This document shows, one piece after another, positions 1-12,410 of a stretch of 64,000 nt of DNA. Origin of the DNA: Eledone cirrhosa (taxonomy: Eukaryota); the NCBI GenBank assembly GCA_964016885.1, contig OZ024743.1:248744001-248808000 (forward strand), in the 5' to 3' direction. The position numbers were made by a program, and so were the translations under genes. Below the pieces are notes generated by a model that saw only the letters and a program-made list of their open reading frames with translations, was not told the origin of the DNA and ran no database searches. The stretch's first letter is position 1; the number at the start of each line of letters is the position of its first letter.

Positions 1-390
1 TTCCCTGTTCTAGGCCCCGCTGCAACACCTGTCCCCACATCACCAACACCACCACCTTTCAGGGTCCCAACGGCCACTCTCTCTCGGTCCGGCATGCCTT
101 CCGCTGCACCTCCTCCAACCTAGTCTACGGAATTCGACTTATGTCGGACAGACGGGACGTCGCCTGGCGGACCGATTCACGGAGCACCTCCGGGATATTC
201 GTCTCGGGGGCAGTTCCCCCATCGCCCGCCACTTTGGTGGCCCTGGACATTCCGCACGCCATCTCACAGTCTGTGGCCTACTCCAGTGCCACGGAACACC
301 CGCCTTACGGTCGAACAACGCCTTACGGTCGAACAACGAACTATCTTCATCTTACAGACCCACACTCCCCCCGGCCTGAACTCCCCACCC
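1..390 (+). pseudogene. Penelope-like element GIY-YIG endonuclease C-terminus, frameshifted
   Basis: Manual translation across three frames gives CSRPRCNTCPHI..FRCTSSNLVYGIR / YVGQTGRRLADRFTEHLRDIR..PIARHF / RLTVEQRTIFILQTHTPPGLN. This matches the PLE Cys linker plus GIY-YIG motifs. There is an 18-bp tandem duplication at about 301-338. Confidence 0.88.
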
Positions 391-1990
391 TTATTCCTTT
401 AGCCTTCGACCGCCCCCCCTCCCCCCACACTTATCTCCCACTAACACCACTAACACACCCCTCCTTTTCACCGCCCACCCCACAACTAACAATACTAACA
501 CCTCCACTCCACCCCTTATCTGACCACCCTTCCCCAACTAACATACTAACATCCTCCCCTCTTCTCCTCCTCCCCCCTCCTTATCACACGCACACACCCA
601 CCGGCACATATATACACGCGCTCACACTAAACACACACCCTACTACCACCACTAACCCTCACCCCCACACCTCTCACCCCCACACCTCCATCCCACCACC
701 CCGCAACTAACCTCAGTAACACCCCCTAACCCCAAGCACACGAACACACGTACCCACTTACACCACCCACCCCACACGCAACTAACATCACTAACACCCC
801 CAACCCCACGCACACGTACCCACACACCCTCGTACACCACCAACTCTACACACCCTACCACCACTAACCCCCACTCACACCTGCATTCAACCCCTCCCCA
901 CCTCCCGTATACTAACACCCACTAACACCTCTTCAAAAAAATACTACACACACACCAGTACACCACACTCCCTCCATAGAACCACACACACCCTTCTCTC
1001 CCCGCTCCACCCACACCCTCGCTCCACACTCACTCATCCCACTAACACCTCTACTAATACACACACACACACCCTCCTCACTCCAACTTTCACACCTACC
1101 CATCCTCGCCCCTTTACCATTCCACCGACTGCTGCTATGCCCTCTGACCACCTCCCAGCACAAACAGACACACAGCACTCCCACTGCTTGACCACTTCCT
1201 GTTGCGCGCGCACCCCACATCTCTCCTCTTCCGACCATCGCTTCATGGAATACCCACACGCAGAAATTGACCAACAACGAATCCACTAAACATCTTCGGA
1301 ATTTACCTACTTTTCAACCATCCTCTTACGTAATCACCTATATAACTCACCCACACACACCCCAAAAAAATTTTTTCTCCACACGCCACCTACACCCACA
1401 ACACGCTTAACCCCTACACACACGTGCTTTCCACCACATATTTACACCCTCACCCTCCTGATTCCTCTCCCCCACCCCTCTATCCACACACGCACAGACA
1501 CTCCGAAACCCCCCCCCACACACACACACACCTCTTCCTGAACATGCAACCCCGTTCTTCCCCCAACCCTTACTTTCACATACACACACACACACACACA
1601 CGCACACCTACACACACACACCACCTTCAGCCCTCCCCGCTCAGACACCCCGTCTCCCTCTCCCCACTCCACCCGCCACCACCCCTACACACCCCACACC
1701 CTTCCACCACCTGTTTTACCCCCCTTTTAATTTCAGTTTATTTTGATCATGCCTTTATATTTAAATTTATCTCATTCCTTGTATTTTGATCATGCTTTAT
1801 TTTTATTTTTATCTTTATTTTTTATTTTTTCATTCGCACCGTTTCCTTTCGCTATATGTCTTTCCACCACTCCCCTACACACCCTTTGAACTCTGTTCCC
1901 ACACACTTCTCACCTGAGGAAGGGCTTATGCCCGAAACGTCGTCCCCCACCAACACCCCACTCTCCAGAGCGTGAAATTAATAAACATTC
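390..1990 (+). repeat. C/A-rich low-complexity 3' region (pLTR) of the PLE, ending near AATAAA at about 1980
   Basis: G-poor strand with CACAC/CTAAC iterations directly downstream of the GIY-YIG, followed by a hammerhead-like core and a polyA signal. Confidence 0.6.
1914..1944 (+). ncRNA. Minimal hammerhead-ribozyme-like core
   Basis: CTGAGGA-A-GGGC(TTAT)GCCC-GAAAC-GTC-GTC. No convincing stem I is visible. Confidence 0.5.
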
Positions 1991-2031
1991 GTTGTACTGC
2001 CTCTCTGTTTTGTCCCTGTTCAAATTTTTCC

Positions 2032-2033
<2 letters not shown>

Positions 2034-2104
<71 letters not shown>

Positions 2105-2228
2105 ATAATTATATATATATATATAATTATATATGTATATATATATTCAGATATATATTTACATATATCTATTCATATATATATATATTTATATATATGT
2201 GTTCATATATATATATATATGTGTGTGT

Positions 2229-2300
<72 letters not shown>
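2034..2300. repeat. (TA)n microsatellite
   Basis: Visible directly in the sequence. Confidence 0.95.
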
Positions 2301-2303
<3 letters not shown>

Positions 2304-2517
2304 TAATAGACTAAATAAATTTAATAACCCCACTATCCGGGAGCTTCCAACAGAAATTGTCGCATTCTTTAAGGGTATGTCAATATTTATTTATAAACTG
2401 ATCTATATTATATTTTATCTGATGAAAGCACACCATAATTTAACTTGGTGTCCTTGAAATATGTATAATGAAATAAATATGGTTTTATAAATATAGTTTC
2501 CATTTGTTAATATATCG

Positions 2518-2549
<32 letters not shown>

Positions 2550-2891
2550 AAAAAAAAAATTTCGCTCTACATGGCTGAATACAATAAATGTAATCTGAGT
2601 TTTTTGAATATTAATGATAACATTCGATTTGTTTGCAATTTTGCAAACAAGCCTCAATTTTATAGCCATGTCAGTAGAATGAACACTTCATTCTTGCTTT
2701 TATGTTGGGATGCGAACAGAACTGCAGACACTAATGTTTCTGGCTATCACCCTTCATCAGTACAGCTTACTGTTCACCTGCCAAACATTCAGAGCTAGTG
2801 AAAATATATGCTTTTTTCAAAAATATATATATATATATTTATATATATTTTTATATATTTATATATATATATATTTATATATATATATATA

Positions 2892-3134
2892 CAGTGGCGG
2901 ACTGGGTCTAAAAGTATTGGTTGCCAGAAGATGAAGGGGGCCCACCTAGATATACAATGCTATCATTTAATTTTTATAATGAATAAATAACATTTTCGAA
3001 AAATACATAAATGGAAATCATACAGTGCAATCAAATTTTGCGGAAAAATATCTTACCTTCTCCAATAAAAAATATTACGTATTTTGTGAAATCCAGAGAC
3101 TTTCAATAATGACCTTTGGTCTTTCACACTCACT

Positions 3135-3170
<36 letters not shown>

Positions 3171-3863
3171 TGCTAAAATAATCAAATTAAATGAATTCAA
3201 CAGTTAAACACACATAGGAATAATAAGGTTGTTACCAAAGTGCCAGAAGATTGACAAGTCGACCCTAATTATTACTAATAGCTCTAGGAAAGCCATGAAT
3301 GACACCACATCTTTTTTATTTTGATTTTCAAAGTAGGTTTATAATTATCAATTTCCACTTTTGTAGCTGTCTCGGTGGCCTAGCTGGGGGAATCATAGAA
3401 GGTGGTTGATCCTAGTCTGAAGTTTGATCCTGGTTGGGAGTAGGGTTCCCGGTAAACCTTTTCAGTTTTTTCTATGGGTTTTAAAATAAAAACTGAAAAA
3501 GGTTACATGTATCTCTTGACCAGGATCTCCGCCATCTCCAGTACCTACCGCTAGGCCACAGAGACAACTACGAAAAACTTATGAAAATTCATAAACCTAC
3601 TTTCAAAATTTTCCAAACAAGATGATGTGCTGGTTTTCATGTCTTTCTTAATGTTATTGTTCCTACTTCAGGTCGACTTCTAAATCATTTGGGTGTTCCA
3701 TAAACTACATCATCGTTTTGTTTCACATTTATCTACACTATATTTTAACCTGTAATCCATGTTTCATTTCTGTTGCACCTCATTTCTCCCCTCTCCCCCA
3801 CTGTGGGCCCCCTGGGGTATACTTGCCATTGGGCAACCTGGCAAACTGGCCAGACTGCCACTG
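2892..3863. mobile_element. Non-autonomous DNA transposon (MITE, hAT-like termini) inserted in (TA)n
   Basis: TIRs CAGTGGCGGACTGG (2892) and CCAGACTGCCACTG (3850-3863) match at 12/14. TA repeats flank both sides and there is no ORF. Confidence 0.65.
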
Positions 3864-3932
3864 TATATATATATATTTATATATATTTATATATATATAT
3901 ATTTATATATATGTATATATATATATATATAA

Positions 3933-6570
3933 TCCGCTTATGCACTCCAATCTGGACTGCCTGGCATTATAAAAGACAGATTCTATGAGTCGCTAATGCT
4001 CACTACCTCCCAAATAACCGACAGTGACTACATAATTATTGCTGGCGACCTAAATGGTCATGTTGGACAACATTGTGACGGCTATGACGGAATCCATGGA
4101 GGCTATGGGTTTGGTACTAGAAATGAGGAAGGCTTCAGAATCCTGGAATTCTGTGACGCTAATAACCTAACTATCTGTAACACCAAACTTCAAAAAACGA
4201 GACAATCACTTGATCACCTATAGATCAGGGGAACACGCTAGTCAGATAGATTATATCCTTACCAGAAGACATGACAGAGTGTCTGTTGTAAACACTAAAT
4301 TCCTCCCCCGTGAAGAATACACCTCCGAACATAGCCTCATAGTTAGTGATCTCATAGTTAGGACGAATGTACTCGACAACAGAGGAGGACCACCCTGAGA
4401 AGAAGAATATGGAAGTTAAAGGACCCCACAACCAGTAACAAATTTAAAAGCATATTACTTGATGCTTTTGACAGTAAGGAAGAGCAATTAGACGTACAAT
4501 ATAGAGGAACAGTGGGAATTCCTGAAAGTTAACCTGCTGAAGGCGACAGATGAAATCTGTGGCTGGAGCAGACCTATAGGCAGGAGGAGAGTAATGTGGT
4601 GGTGGAACAGTAAGGTGGAGGAGTCAATCAAGGCCAAAAAGCAGGCTTGGAAAGTATGGCAGGATGGGGGAAGTAGAGAACACTATCAAGTGGCCAGGAG
4701 GGAAGCTAGGAGACAAGTGTACTTTGCAAGAAGGGAAGCAGAGGAAAGAAAGTTCAAGCATGTTCTACAATGCGAGGACCAAAAACGTGAGGTGTTCAGG
4801 ATTGCTAGACAATGTGTCAAGGAAAACCGTGATATTGTCGGGGAGAAGTGTGTCCGTATTGATGATGGTGTACTTGCCATCACCGATGCTGATAAGAATG
4901 ATAAGAAGGTAGCTTGGAAGTGTCACTACGAGAGGCTACTAAATGAGGAGAATAAATGGGAAAAAGATAGTCTGCCCCAAATCAATCCAATAGAGGGACC
5001 AGCAGTGCAAGTTGAAGGTAGTATAATAAGTAAGGCAATCAAAGATATGAAGACAAGCAAAGCAGCTGGGCCTTCGGAGATAGTTGCTGAAATGCTGAAA
5101 ACATCTGGATCGGTGGGACACACTCTGGTCACCCGGATAGTAAACCAAGTCATACAGAATGGGTTCATACCAAATACTGCCGTAGCAGCATCATCATTAA
5201 CTGCTACAAGGATAAAGGAGATACCCTAGATAGGGGAAACTATAGGGGCATTAAATTAATTGACCAGGTCATTAAGGTCACAGAAAGAGTTATAGCGCAA
5301 CTAATCAGAGAGTGAATTGATCTAGATGAAATGCAGTTTGGGTTTGTGTCAGGTAAAAGTACCACAGATGTTCTTTTCCTTGTACGACAACTACGGGAGA
5401 AGTACCTAGCTAAAAGTAAACCCCTATACTTAGCTTTTGTTGAATTGGAGAAAGCCTTTGACAGAGCCCCCCGCTCCATTATCTGGTGGGCTCTTAGAAA
5501 ACTAGGTGTTGATGAATGGCTTGTGAGAGCTATACAAGCCATATATAAAGAAACAGTCAGCAAGGCTAGAATTAACAATGAATATAGTGAAGAATTTAGC
5601 GTAAAAGTTGGTGTTCATCAGGGCTCTGTCCTTAGCCCCCTCCTATTTATTATTGCCCTTCAGACTATAACAGAGGAGTTCAAACATGGAAGCATGGCCT
5701 GGAATCAAAAGGCCTTAAAGTTAACTTGTTTAAGACTAAAGTTCTAGTATGTAGGAAGGAAAATAGGGCACAGGTCTCCTCTGGGAAATGGCCATGCTCA
5801 GTGTGTAGGAAAGTAGTAGGCAGAAATTCCATTTTATGTCCCAAATGGAAAGTATGGGTGCATAAAAAATGTAGTGGGATCACAGGTAAGCTATCTAAGA
5901 ATGTAGATTTTATATGTGGCGAGTGCTCTGGTGCAATAAGTAGCAAGTGCCCACAGGATACTAGCTCCTTCCATTGCCCAGATGGTTCTATAGAAATAGT
6001 GGACACCTTCCGTTACCTTGGTGACAAAATCAGCAGTGGTGGGGAGTGCTCTGAAAGTACAGTAGCCAGAGTCAGAACGGGATGGAAAAAGTTCAGAGAG
6101 CTTATACCACTATTGGCTGCTAAAGGTTTCTCTCTAAAAATGAAAAGCAGATTGTATGATGCCTGCATACGAACAGCAATGTTACATGGCAGTGAGACAT
6201 GGGCATTGTGTGCAGAGGATATACACAGACTGGATAGGAACAAAGCTTGCATGCTCCGTTGGATGTGTAATAGTAATATACGTGAACGGCAAAGCATAAA
6301 TGAACTAAGTGAGGAATTAGGAATAAGAGGGATCAGATGCTGTTTACTCGAGAGAAGACTACATTGGTATGATCACGTGATGTGCATGAAAGATGACAGC
6401 TGTATAAAAAATACAGGGCGATCAACATTGACGGAAGTTACGGAGTAGGCAGACCCAGAAAAACCTGGGACGATTTGGTAAATTCCGACCTTACACACTT
6501 ACACCTCTCCAAGACAATGTCACTGGACCGAGATCTTTGGCGCTATGTAGTAATACAGAAGACCCGCCTT
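3933..6570 (+). mobile_element. RTE-clade LINE, subfamily A, degenerate; 5'-truncated and lacking its 3' UTR
   Basis: APE motifs (AGDLNGHVG, SQIDYIL) and RT motifs ([22 protein letters not shown]) are spread over frameshifted ORFs at 3996-6448. The YADD segment is deleted. Confidence 0.95.
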
Positions 6571-6771
6571 GGACCACATCCCTACTTCCTACTACCAGAG
6601 CAGAGTTAGCTACCCACAAGAGCGAGCCCCATGATTTGGAATAGTCAATCCAATGTGCATCTCCCTTGCAATCCTTCTGGGCAATGTTTTCTCCATTCTG
6701 TCTACTGGGACCACAAGGCTGCATACATATACATGGGATCCCACACAGTGCTGAATTTACCATTGTGCTTA
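6568..6771 (+). mobile_element. CRE-clade retrotransposon 3' fragment (inverted duplicate of 19606-19810)
   Basis: Near-identical reverse complement of 19606-19810. It encodes ..EPHDLE*..ISLAILLGNVFSILSTG, similar to the CRE motif QRISLAIxRGNA. Confidence 0.75.
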
Positions 6772-7856
6772 GGTGTGCTTATGCACAGGGCCCTGTTGGC
6801 CAGGGGAACCCGTTTTCCTGCCAAAAAAGAAATTTTACGATGAATTTTTCAAATGTTTTTCAAAAGTCAAACGTTCAAAGGGCCTTCATAACTTAACTAA
6901 CACAGGGCCTCATTTGTCCTAAACCCAGCACTGCTCCCACACACCAGAGAACACTCCCCTACTCCATTCAGGCCTACATTACTAGGTCAGCGATACTGAA
7001 TAGGTCAACTCTAAAACTAGCTGAATACTTGAAAGAATTTAACAAATTGTCATAATCATGGATACTATTACTCTAACAAACCATCTAGTTTTAGAAACGT
7101 GTAAGTATTCTCTATGAATGGTTATGTTTACAAAACTTCCCTATTGTATGTTTACAAAACTTCCCCATTGTCTTCTATATCTCAGCATCTGAGTGTATGT
7201 CGGCTTGCCCTGATGATCTGTAATGACAGTGAAATACTTTCATCTATATCTTAATCATATACGCCTTTATTCTAATCAAGCTTCGTTAATGCTATCGCAA
7301 ATTAATACTAGCAGCTAGAGCTTGCATTATATATATATAGAAGGCTTCACCACGAATGGTTTGTTTACACAATCCTATAAGAAGCTATTGCCTTCTATAC
7401 CTCAGCATCCGTTCGTATGTAAGTGTTGCCCCGACACTCTGTAATGATTCCAAAGTAATTCGTTACTCTTATCTCGATGTTGATGTAGTTGAGACATGTT
7501 GGTAGCTTAGAATACTCAGTAAGACTAGACTTATGTTTTTTTTTTATTATTTGTTATTTTTATGTTCATTTTTATTCTATTAATTTTACAAATAAACACA
7601 CAAAAAAAGAGATAAAAAGAGGGGAGAAAACACTCAATCACACGCCACAATACCTGTTGGAGTTTTCCATTAATTATTTTTGAGACAACCCAAAATTCCT
7701 TATACGTCATTATACGTAAATATATTGTACATTGTTTTTCACAGCCCTTTATTAGATGAAATACGGTATGAATAAACTTTATGGCTTTTAGCATTTAACA
7801 TGTCAAAATTGTCTAATCTTCACATCTGGTACGTCAATCATATGAGAAAAGCACAA

Positions 7857-7899
<43 letters not shown>

Positions 7900-8539
7900 A
7901 AATAAATTAGCTTATTATTCAGAATATATGTTCGGCATGGGGACAGTAGTGGAGATTTCTTCATTTTTTCCTGTTCGATCATAAACTATAGTATACATCG
8001 ATTTCCTGATTTTAGACACGTTTATGTCGATTATGTCAACAAAAAGGTAAAAATAAAACAAAAAAGTATTTTAAATCATCGCCTGGTTTTCTAGAATGAT
8101 AGCTACGTATCACATTTCATTTTTATGATGCATCTTAAAATGAATAATATCGTAATATATGTTAGTTTATCGTTTTCCAAAGTGAGGTACATACGTACAT
8201 CAAACATAAGTGATGTCATTTGTTTTACAATCGTTTCTCCACATAGAATTAAAGATGCATCTACATAAATTAAAATCAACATTTCTAATCGTCATGAAAT
8301 AGTGTCAGCCTCACATTCAATGATCTATAAAGACAATGGATGGCTGATACTTAAATAACATATGTCACTTGTGTGACTTCTACTTCACCTTATACAACGG
8401 CAATATAAAATAATGTTCAGATTACCAGGACATTAGATGAAATTGATTTCAAATTACCCCACTGGATAGCTTGAAAATAATTTCATCTTACTCCTATTAT
8501 TTCAGTTTACGCTCTCAAAACATTTATATATTTAATAAT

Positions 8540-9095
8540 TTGTCCTAACATTGGCACAATGTCAGGAATTTGGGGGAAGGGAAAGACAATTAAATCGACC
8601 CCAGTACGTAACTGGTACTTATTTTAATGACCCTGTGAGAAAGAAAAGCAAAGTTGTCCTCAGCAGGATTTGAACATAGAACAAAGAGTTAGAATAAATA
8701 CTGCAAAGCATCTTGTCCGATGCCCTAATGATTCTGCCATTCTACCATCCTCCTAATGTATTAAGTAATAATGGTTTCTTATATAGGCACAAGGCCAGCA
8801 ATTTTGGGGGAGGGAAAAGTCGATGAAATTGACCCAGTGCGCGACTGGTACTTTATTTTATCGACCCCGTAAGGATGAAAGGCAAAGTTAACCTCGGCGA
8901 GGCACAAGGCCAACAATTTTGGAGAAGTGGAAAGTCGATTAAATTGCCCCCAGTGGATTACTGGTACTTTATTTTATCGACCCCGTAAAGATGAAAGGCA
9001 AAGGTAACCTTGAGGGGATTTGAACATAGAGCATAAAGGTCCATAACTAAATACACCGAAGCACTTTGATTGATGTTCTAACAATTCTCCTATGA
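8540..9095 (-). mobile_element. Cluster of 3-4 partial tRNA-derived SINEs (Nin/Meta-like central domain)
   Basis: Repeated ggcacaaggcc..actggtactttattttatcgaccccgtaaggatgaaaggcaaag. The minus strand has A-box (TGGCAGAATCATTAG) and B-box (GTTCAAATCC) like heads. Confidence 0.8.
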
Positions 9096-9289
9096 AAATT
9101 CTATAATGCATAGGGATTGTCAAAGAACTTACCAGGAGTTGTTCAAGGTAGCAACTGCAGTCTTCCTTATGTTATCAGGTTATTTGGCAAGCTGATTATG
9201 TAAGGAAATGTGTATAAGTGTGTGTGTGTATATGAATGTGTATGTGTAAAGAGAAGAACAAAATAGAATAGGTGAAAGTCAGAAAATGA

Positions 9290-9660
9290 TGATCATGATC
9301 ATCATCATTTAGCTTCTGTTTTCCCTGTTAGGAAGAGTTGGGCAGGTCATCACGGAGTGATCATTACAGAAGTGGAACAACTGACTTCCAGGTGGACTGA
9401 GGACATGACATACAATCCTACATCCTACTGAGTGCATTTTTATTATGGCACCAGCACTAGGGAAGTTATATTCTCCTTGACACATCTGAAGAGTCCTTCT
9501 GATCCTCTGTTTGCCAGGTTTTCTACAGCTGGGTGCCCTTCCTATTGTTAACCACTTTATGGAGTGTACTGGGTGCATTTATCCTGTAGATAACCAGCAC
9601 TAAGGAGGTTGTCATGTCTATGGCATAACTGAAGAATCTTCCCAACCCTTTGTTTCTTCC
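9290..9660 (-). mobile_element. Old element fragment with an RTE-type 3' tail
   Basis: (CAT)n tail and the ttctacagctgggtgcccttcct motif shared with RTE 3' UTRs. Confidence 0.6.
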
Positions 9661-9689
9661 TATCACCAACCACTATAGATAATGTATAT

Positions 9690-9900
9690 ATATATATAAA
9701 TTTGAGTATGTATTGGTTAGTTACCGACACTTCAGTGTGCAGGGTAGAGCACTCAACAAAGTGCACAGGTGGGTCTGTTTACTCCGGAGTAATTTAAAAA
9801 CAAGAGTAAATAGATCCACCTGTGCACTTCGTTGAGTGCTCTACCCTGCTTTCTGAAGTGTTGGTAACTAACCGACACATACTCAAATTTATATATATAT
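9690..9900. repeat. Fold-back palindrome (~95-bp arms) in (TA)n
   Basis: 9690-9784 is the reverse complement of 9804-9900 and contains GAGTGCTC. Confidence 0.9.
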
Positions 9901-9964
9901 TATCATAATTTATTTATATATATATATATAACTGGATTACCTATAACGGTAATTTGTTATCCTA

Positions 9965-11250
9965 TATATATATATACAATATGTTGAAAATGTAACACAC
10001 TAGAGAGAGATAGTGCGCCATCAATAAAACAGGGAAAACCACCAGTGTATGGAATCTTTAATCTATGGAAGGCAGGGTAGACACACAATAATTAAAAATA
10101 TAAATTAAAATGTATATATGCACCTCTATAACTATATAACACGCGTACAAATCCAAAGATATCTGTTTCGCCAGTAAGTTGTTGACTGAAATGGAATAGC
10201 CTATGGCTCATCAGCGCGTGCAAGACTATACATTCCATACAACTCCAAGAGAATCTAAAGCAACCGTCCAGCTACACGCGGCAGAGAGATGTCACAGCGT
10301 GTTTAGGGCAGTGAACCAGTGGTACCTGAGGGACGAGCTGCTAGAAAGGGCAGCCCAAAAACCACTCAGAGAAGTGTGCTCAACCAAACAGAGAAAGAGG
10401 AAAGACTTTTATAAGAAGCGAAATATCACGATAATTAACGGAGCCATAGACTCTCGTTATTCCCTGTCAATAATGTGCTCAAAGGAAAAGGAATGCTGAG
10501 CTCTTTAATCAATTCAATAGCATTGTTAGAGTGAAACAGTTTTAGCAAATGTCTGTCATTCTTGTAACATGAAGTAAGTATTTCGTTTTTGATATAGTTA
10601 TGTATTTATTAGCTAGGATAATAGAGAGAGAAAAAACAACTTCAGTTCTGTCATTATAATACAGACGGGGAGAAGCAATTAAAAAAATCCAGTTCCTACA
10701 ATGGGGGTGAGTACCAAATAATATTTCTAGTTCTATTTCTTCTCTTAGTTTTAGAGTTTAAGTTAATTTTTTTATTATTATTACAATTAATAGTAGGGTT
10801 ATTTGCCTTATCACTGTTGTCGATGTATTTAGTCTTATTTATATACCCTGCTCTATTTAAAGCTTCATTATAATATTCTGCCTTATCGTCAAAAATGTTT
10901 TTATTAGCGGAGATGCGTGAAATCCATTGTTGGACAGAATTGACAATAGTGTTCTTGATAGATCTAGGATGGTTAGAGTTAAAACTTACATAGTTTAGAT
11001 TCTCATTAATTTTATGGAATGGATAGTAGAGCCCTGTGTTAAGGTTTAATGTTACGTCTAAAAAGTTAACAATTTTATAGTTATTCCCTATTTCTAACTT
11101 AAGGTTGTAGCTATTGAAGAATTGTATTATGGATTTTCTTTTCCTATTAATTTCACAATTACTATGATTTTCAATTAAAAGCGGCATATTATCACGATAT
11201 AAACCCCCGGTCATCTCTGGTATTTTTCTATGCAGTGTATTATTAATAAT
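9965..11250 (-). mobile_element. Penelope-like element (Naiad-like), internally deleted RT plus 3' UTR/pLTR
   Basis: ORF 10696-11295 contains GLYRDN, VNFLDVTLNL, SNHPRSI, YNEALNRAGY and RNIIWYSPP. A C-terminal KNEILTSCYKNDRHLL remnant lies at about 10540-10590, and a hammerhead lies downstream. Confidence 0.85.
10140..10220 (-). ncRNA. Type I hammerhead ribozyme
   Basis: Stem I CACGCG/CGCGTG, core CTGATGA, stem II GCCA-TAGG/CTTA-C-TGGC, GAAA, stem III ACAGAT/ATTTGT, cleavage triplet GTA. Confidence 0.85.
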
Positions 11251-11335
11251 ATTTGTTTTGCGGGGTTTTTGATATGAAATCGTGTATCGAAACAAATATT
11301 GTTATACTTGGGGAGGGTCATATCGTCGTAATAAT

Positions 11336-11521
11336 TGTTTCTACTTTGTGGCACAAGGCCAGCAATTACCCAGTGCATTACTGGTACTTTATTTTATCGG
11401 CCCCGTAAGGATGAAAGGCAAAGTTAACCTCGGCGGGATTTGAACTCAGAATGGCAAGGGCCGTAACTCTATATGTCAAAGCATGGCGTCTGACCCTCTA
11501 ATGATACTGCCAGTCCACCAC
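11336..11521 (-). mobile_element. tRNA-derived SINE inserted in the PLE pLTR
   Basis: Same family as 8540-9095. It is flanked by a degenerate 17-bp TSD, CATATCGTCGTAATAAT / CATATTGCTGTAATAAT. Confidence 0.85.
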
Positions 11522-11695
11522 CATATTGCTGTAATAATATTGCCAGAATTAATAACAGAACACACTCACTATCTGGTTGGTTTTCACTTCTGTATCTTTT
11601 ATATCAGTTAATTTATTCGGTCCTGAATGTTTACCATTGACTGATCAACGGTAAAAAAAATACAGATATAATATAGACACAAACACATATATATA

Positions 11696-12342
11696 AATTT
11701 ATTTATTAGCCACAAGGGCACAAAAGAAGGGGACAAATACAAATGGGGAGTTTACATACAGGTATATGAAAATAAAACTATTAATAAAATAACAAATAAC
11801 AATTGAAATCCCCAATAGGGGGGAGGCGTTACACAGGGGTTGTACACACCTCGAAAAAATGTACAACCCTCATCTCCAGGAACACCAAGAATGAGTACTC
11901 CCTTCCTCTTTTTCCTCAACCTACAGGCTTATATAGAGAGAAGGCCCAACCACTTGGGCCATCTTTGCCACATTCACCCACCTTTTATCAAATTTGCTGG
12001 GGTACAGCACCTCCCTCTCCATCCTGATTCTTCTTCCAATGATATTTGAAAAAACGAATCAGTTGCTCGCCGGAGAGAAAGGTGTCTGACCTCAGCCCTT
12101 TTAACCTCGTCCACCATATAACCTCTTTCACCATAGCCATAACACATAGGAAAACCGCCTCTCCCTCGTTTTTGAAGGAGGGTGGCGGTTTGATCATGAC
12201 AATGGACTCGGTGGTCAACTGGATTGGTCCCACCCGCGACAATAGTCGTTCTACATAGCCCCACAGGTCGGTAACGCCCGGGCAGTGTACAAATGCGTGC
12301 GCGACGGTTTCCTCGTTGCGCACGCATCTCGGACAGATGTTT
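11696..12342 (-). mobile_element. L1/Tx1-like LINE 3' end
   Basis: CPRCVRNEETVAHAFVHCP is a CCHC knuckle followed by IWWTR. There is a (TAAA)-type tail and a 22-bp TSD, TAGACACAAACACATATATATA, at 11674 and 12343. Confidence 0.85.
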
Positions 12343-12370
12343 TAGACACAAACACATATATATAGTCTAA

Positions 12371-12410
12371 CAAAGTTCTTTCGTTGCACATCTGCAACAT
12401 CATCAGTGGT
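12371..12410 (-). ncRNA. Minimal hammerhead-like motif in PLE pLTR
   Basis: CTGATGA-T-GTTGCA(GATG)TGCAAC-GAAA-GAAC-TT. Confidence 0.6.

Noticed and set aside
141-710. 189-aa Pro/Thr/His-rich ORF
   Set aside because: It is out of frame with the real GIY-YIG remnant and extends through low-complexity DNA.
7205-7245. Hammerhead-like CTGATGA-T-CTGT(AATG)ACAG-T-GAAA
   Set aside because: There is no credible stem I or stem III, and the neighbouring diverged copy lacks the core.
10221-10560. SECIS element, as known for some Naiad PLEs
   Set aside because: No AUGA..AA..GA stem-loop was found by eye, and the region that would hold in-frame UGA codons is deleted. A SECISearch run would be needed.
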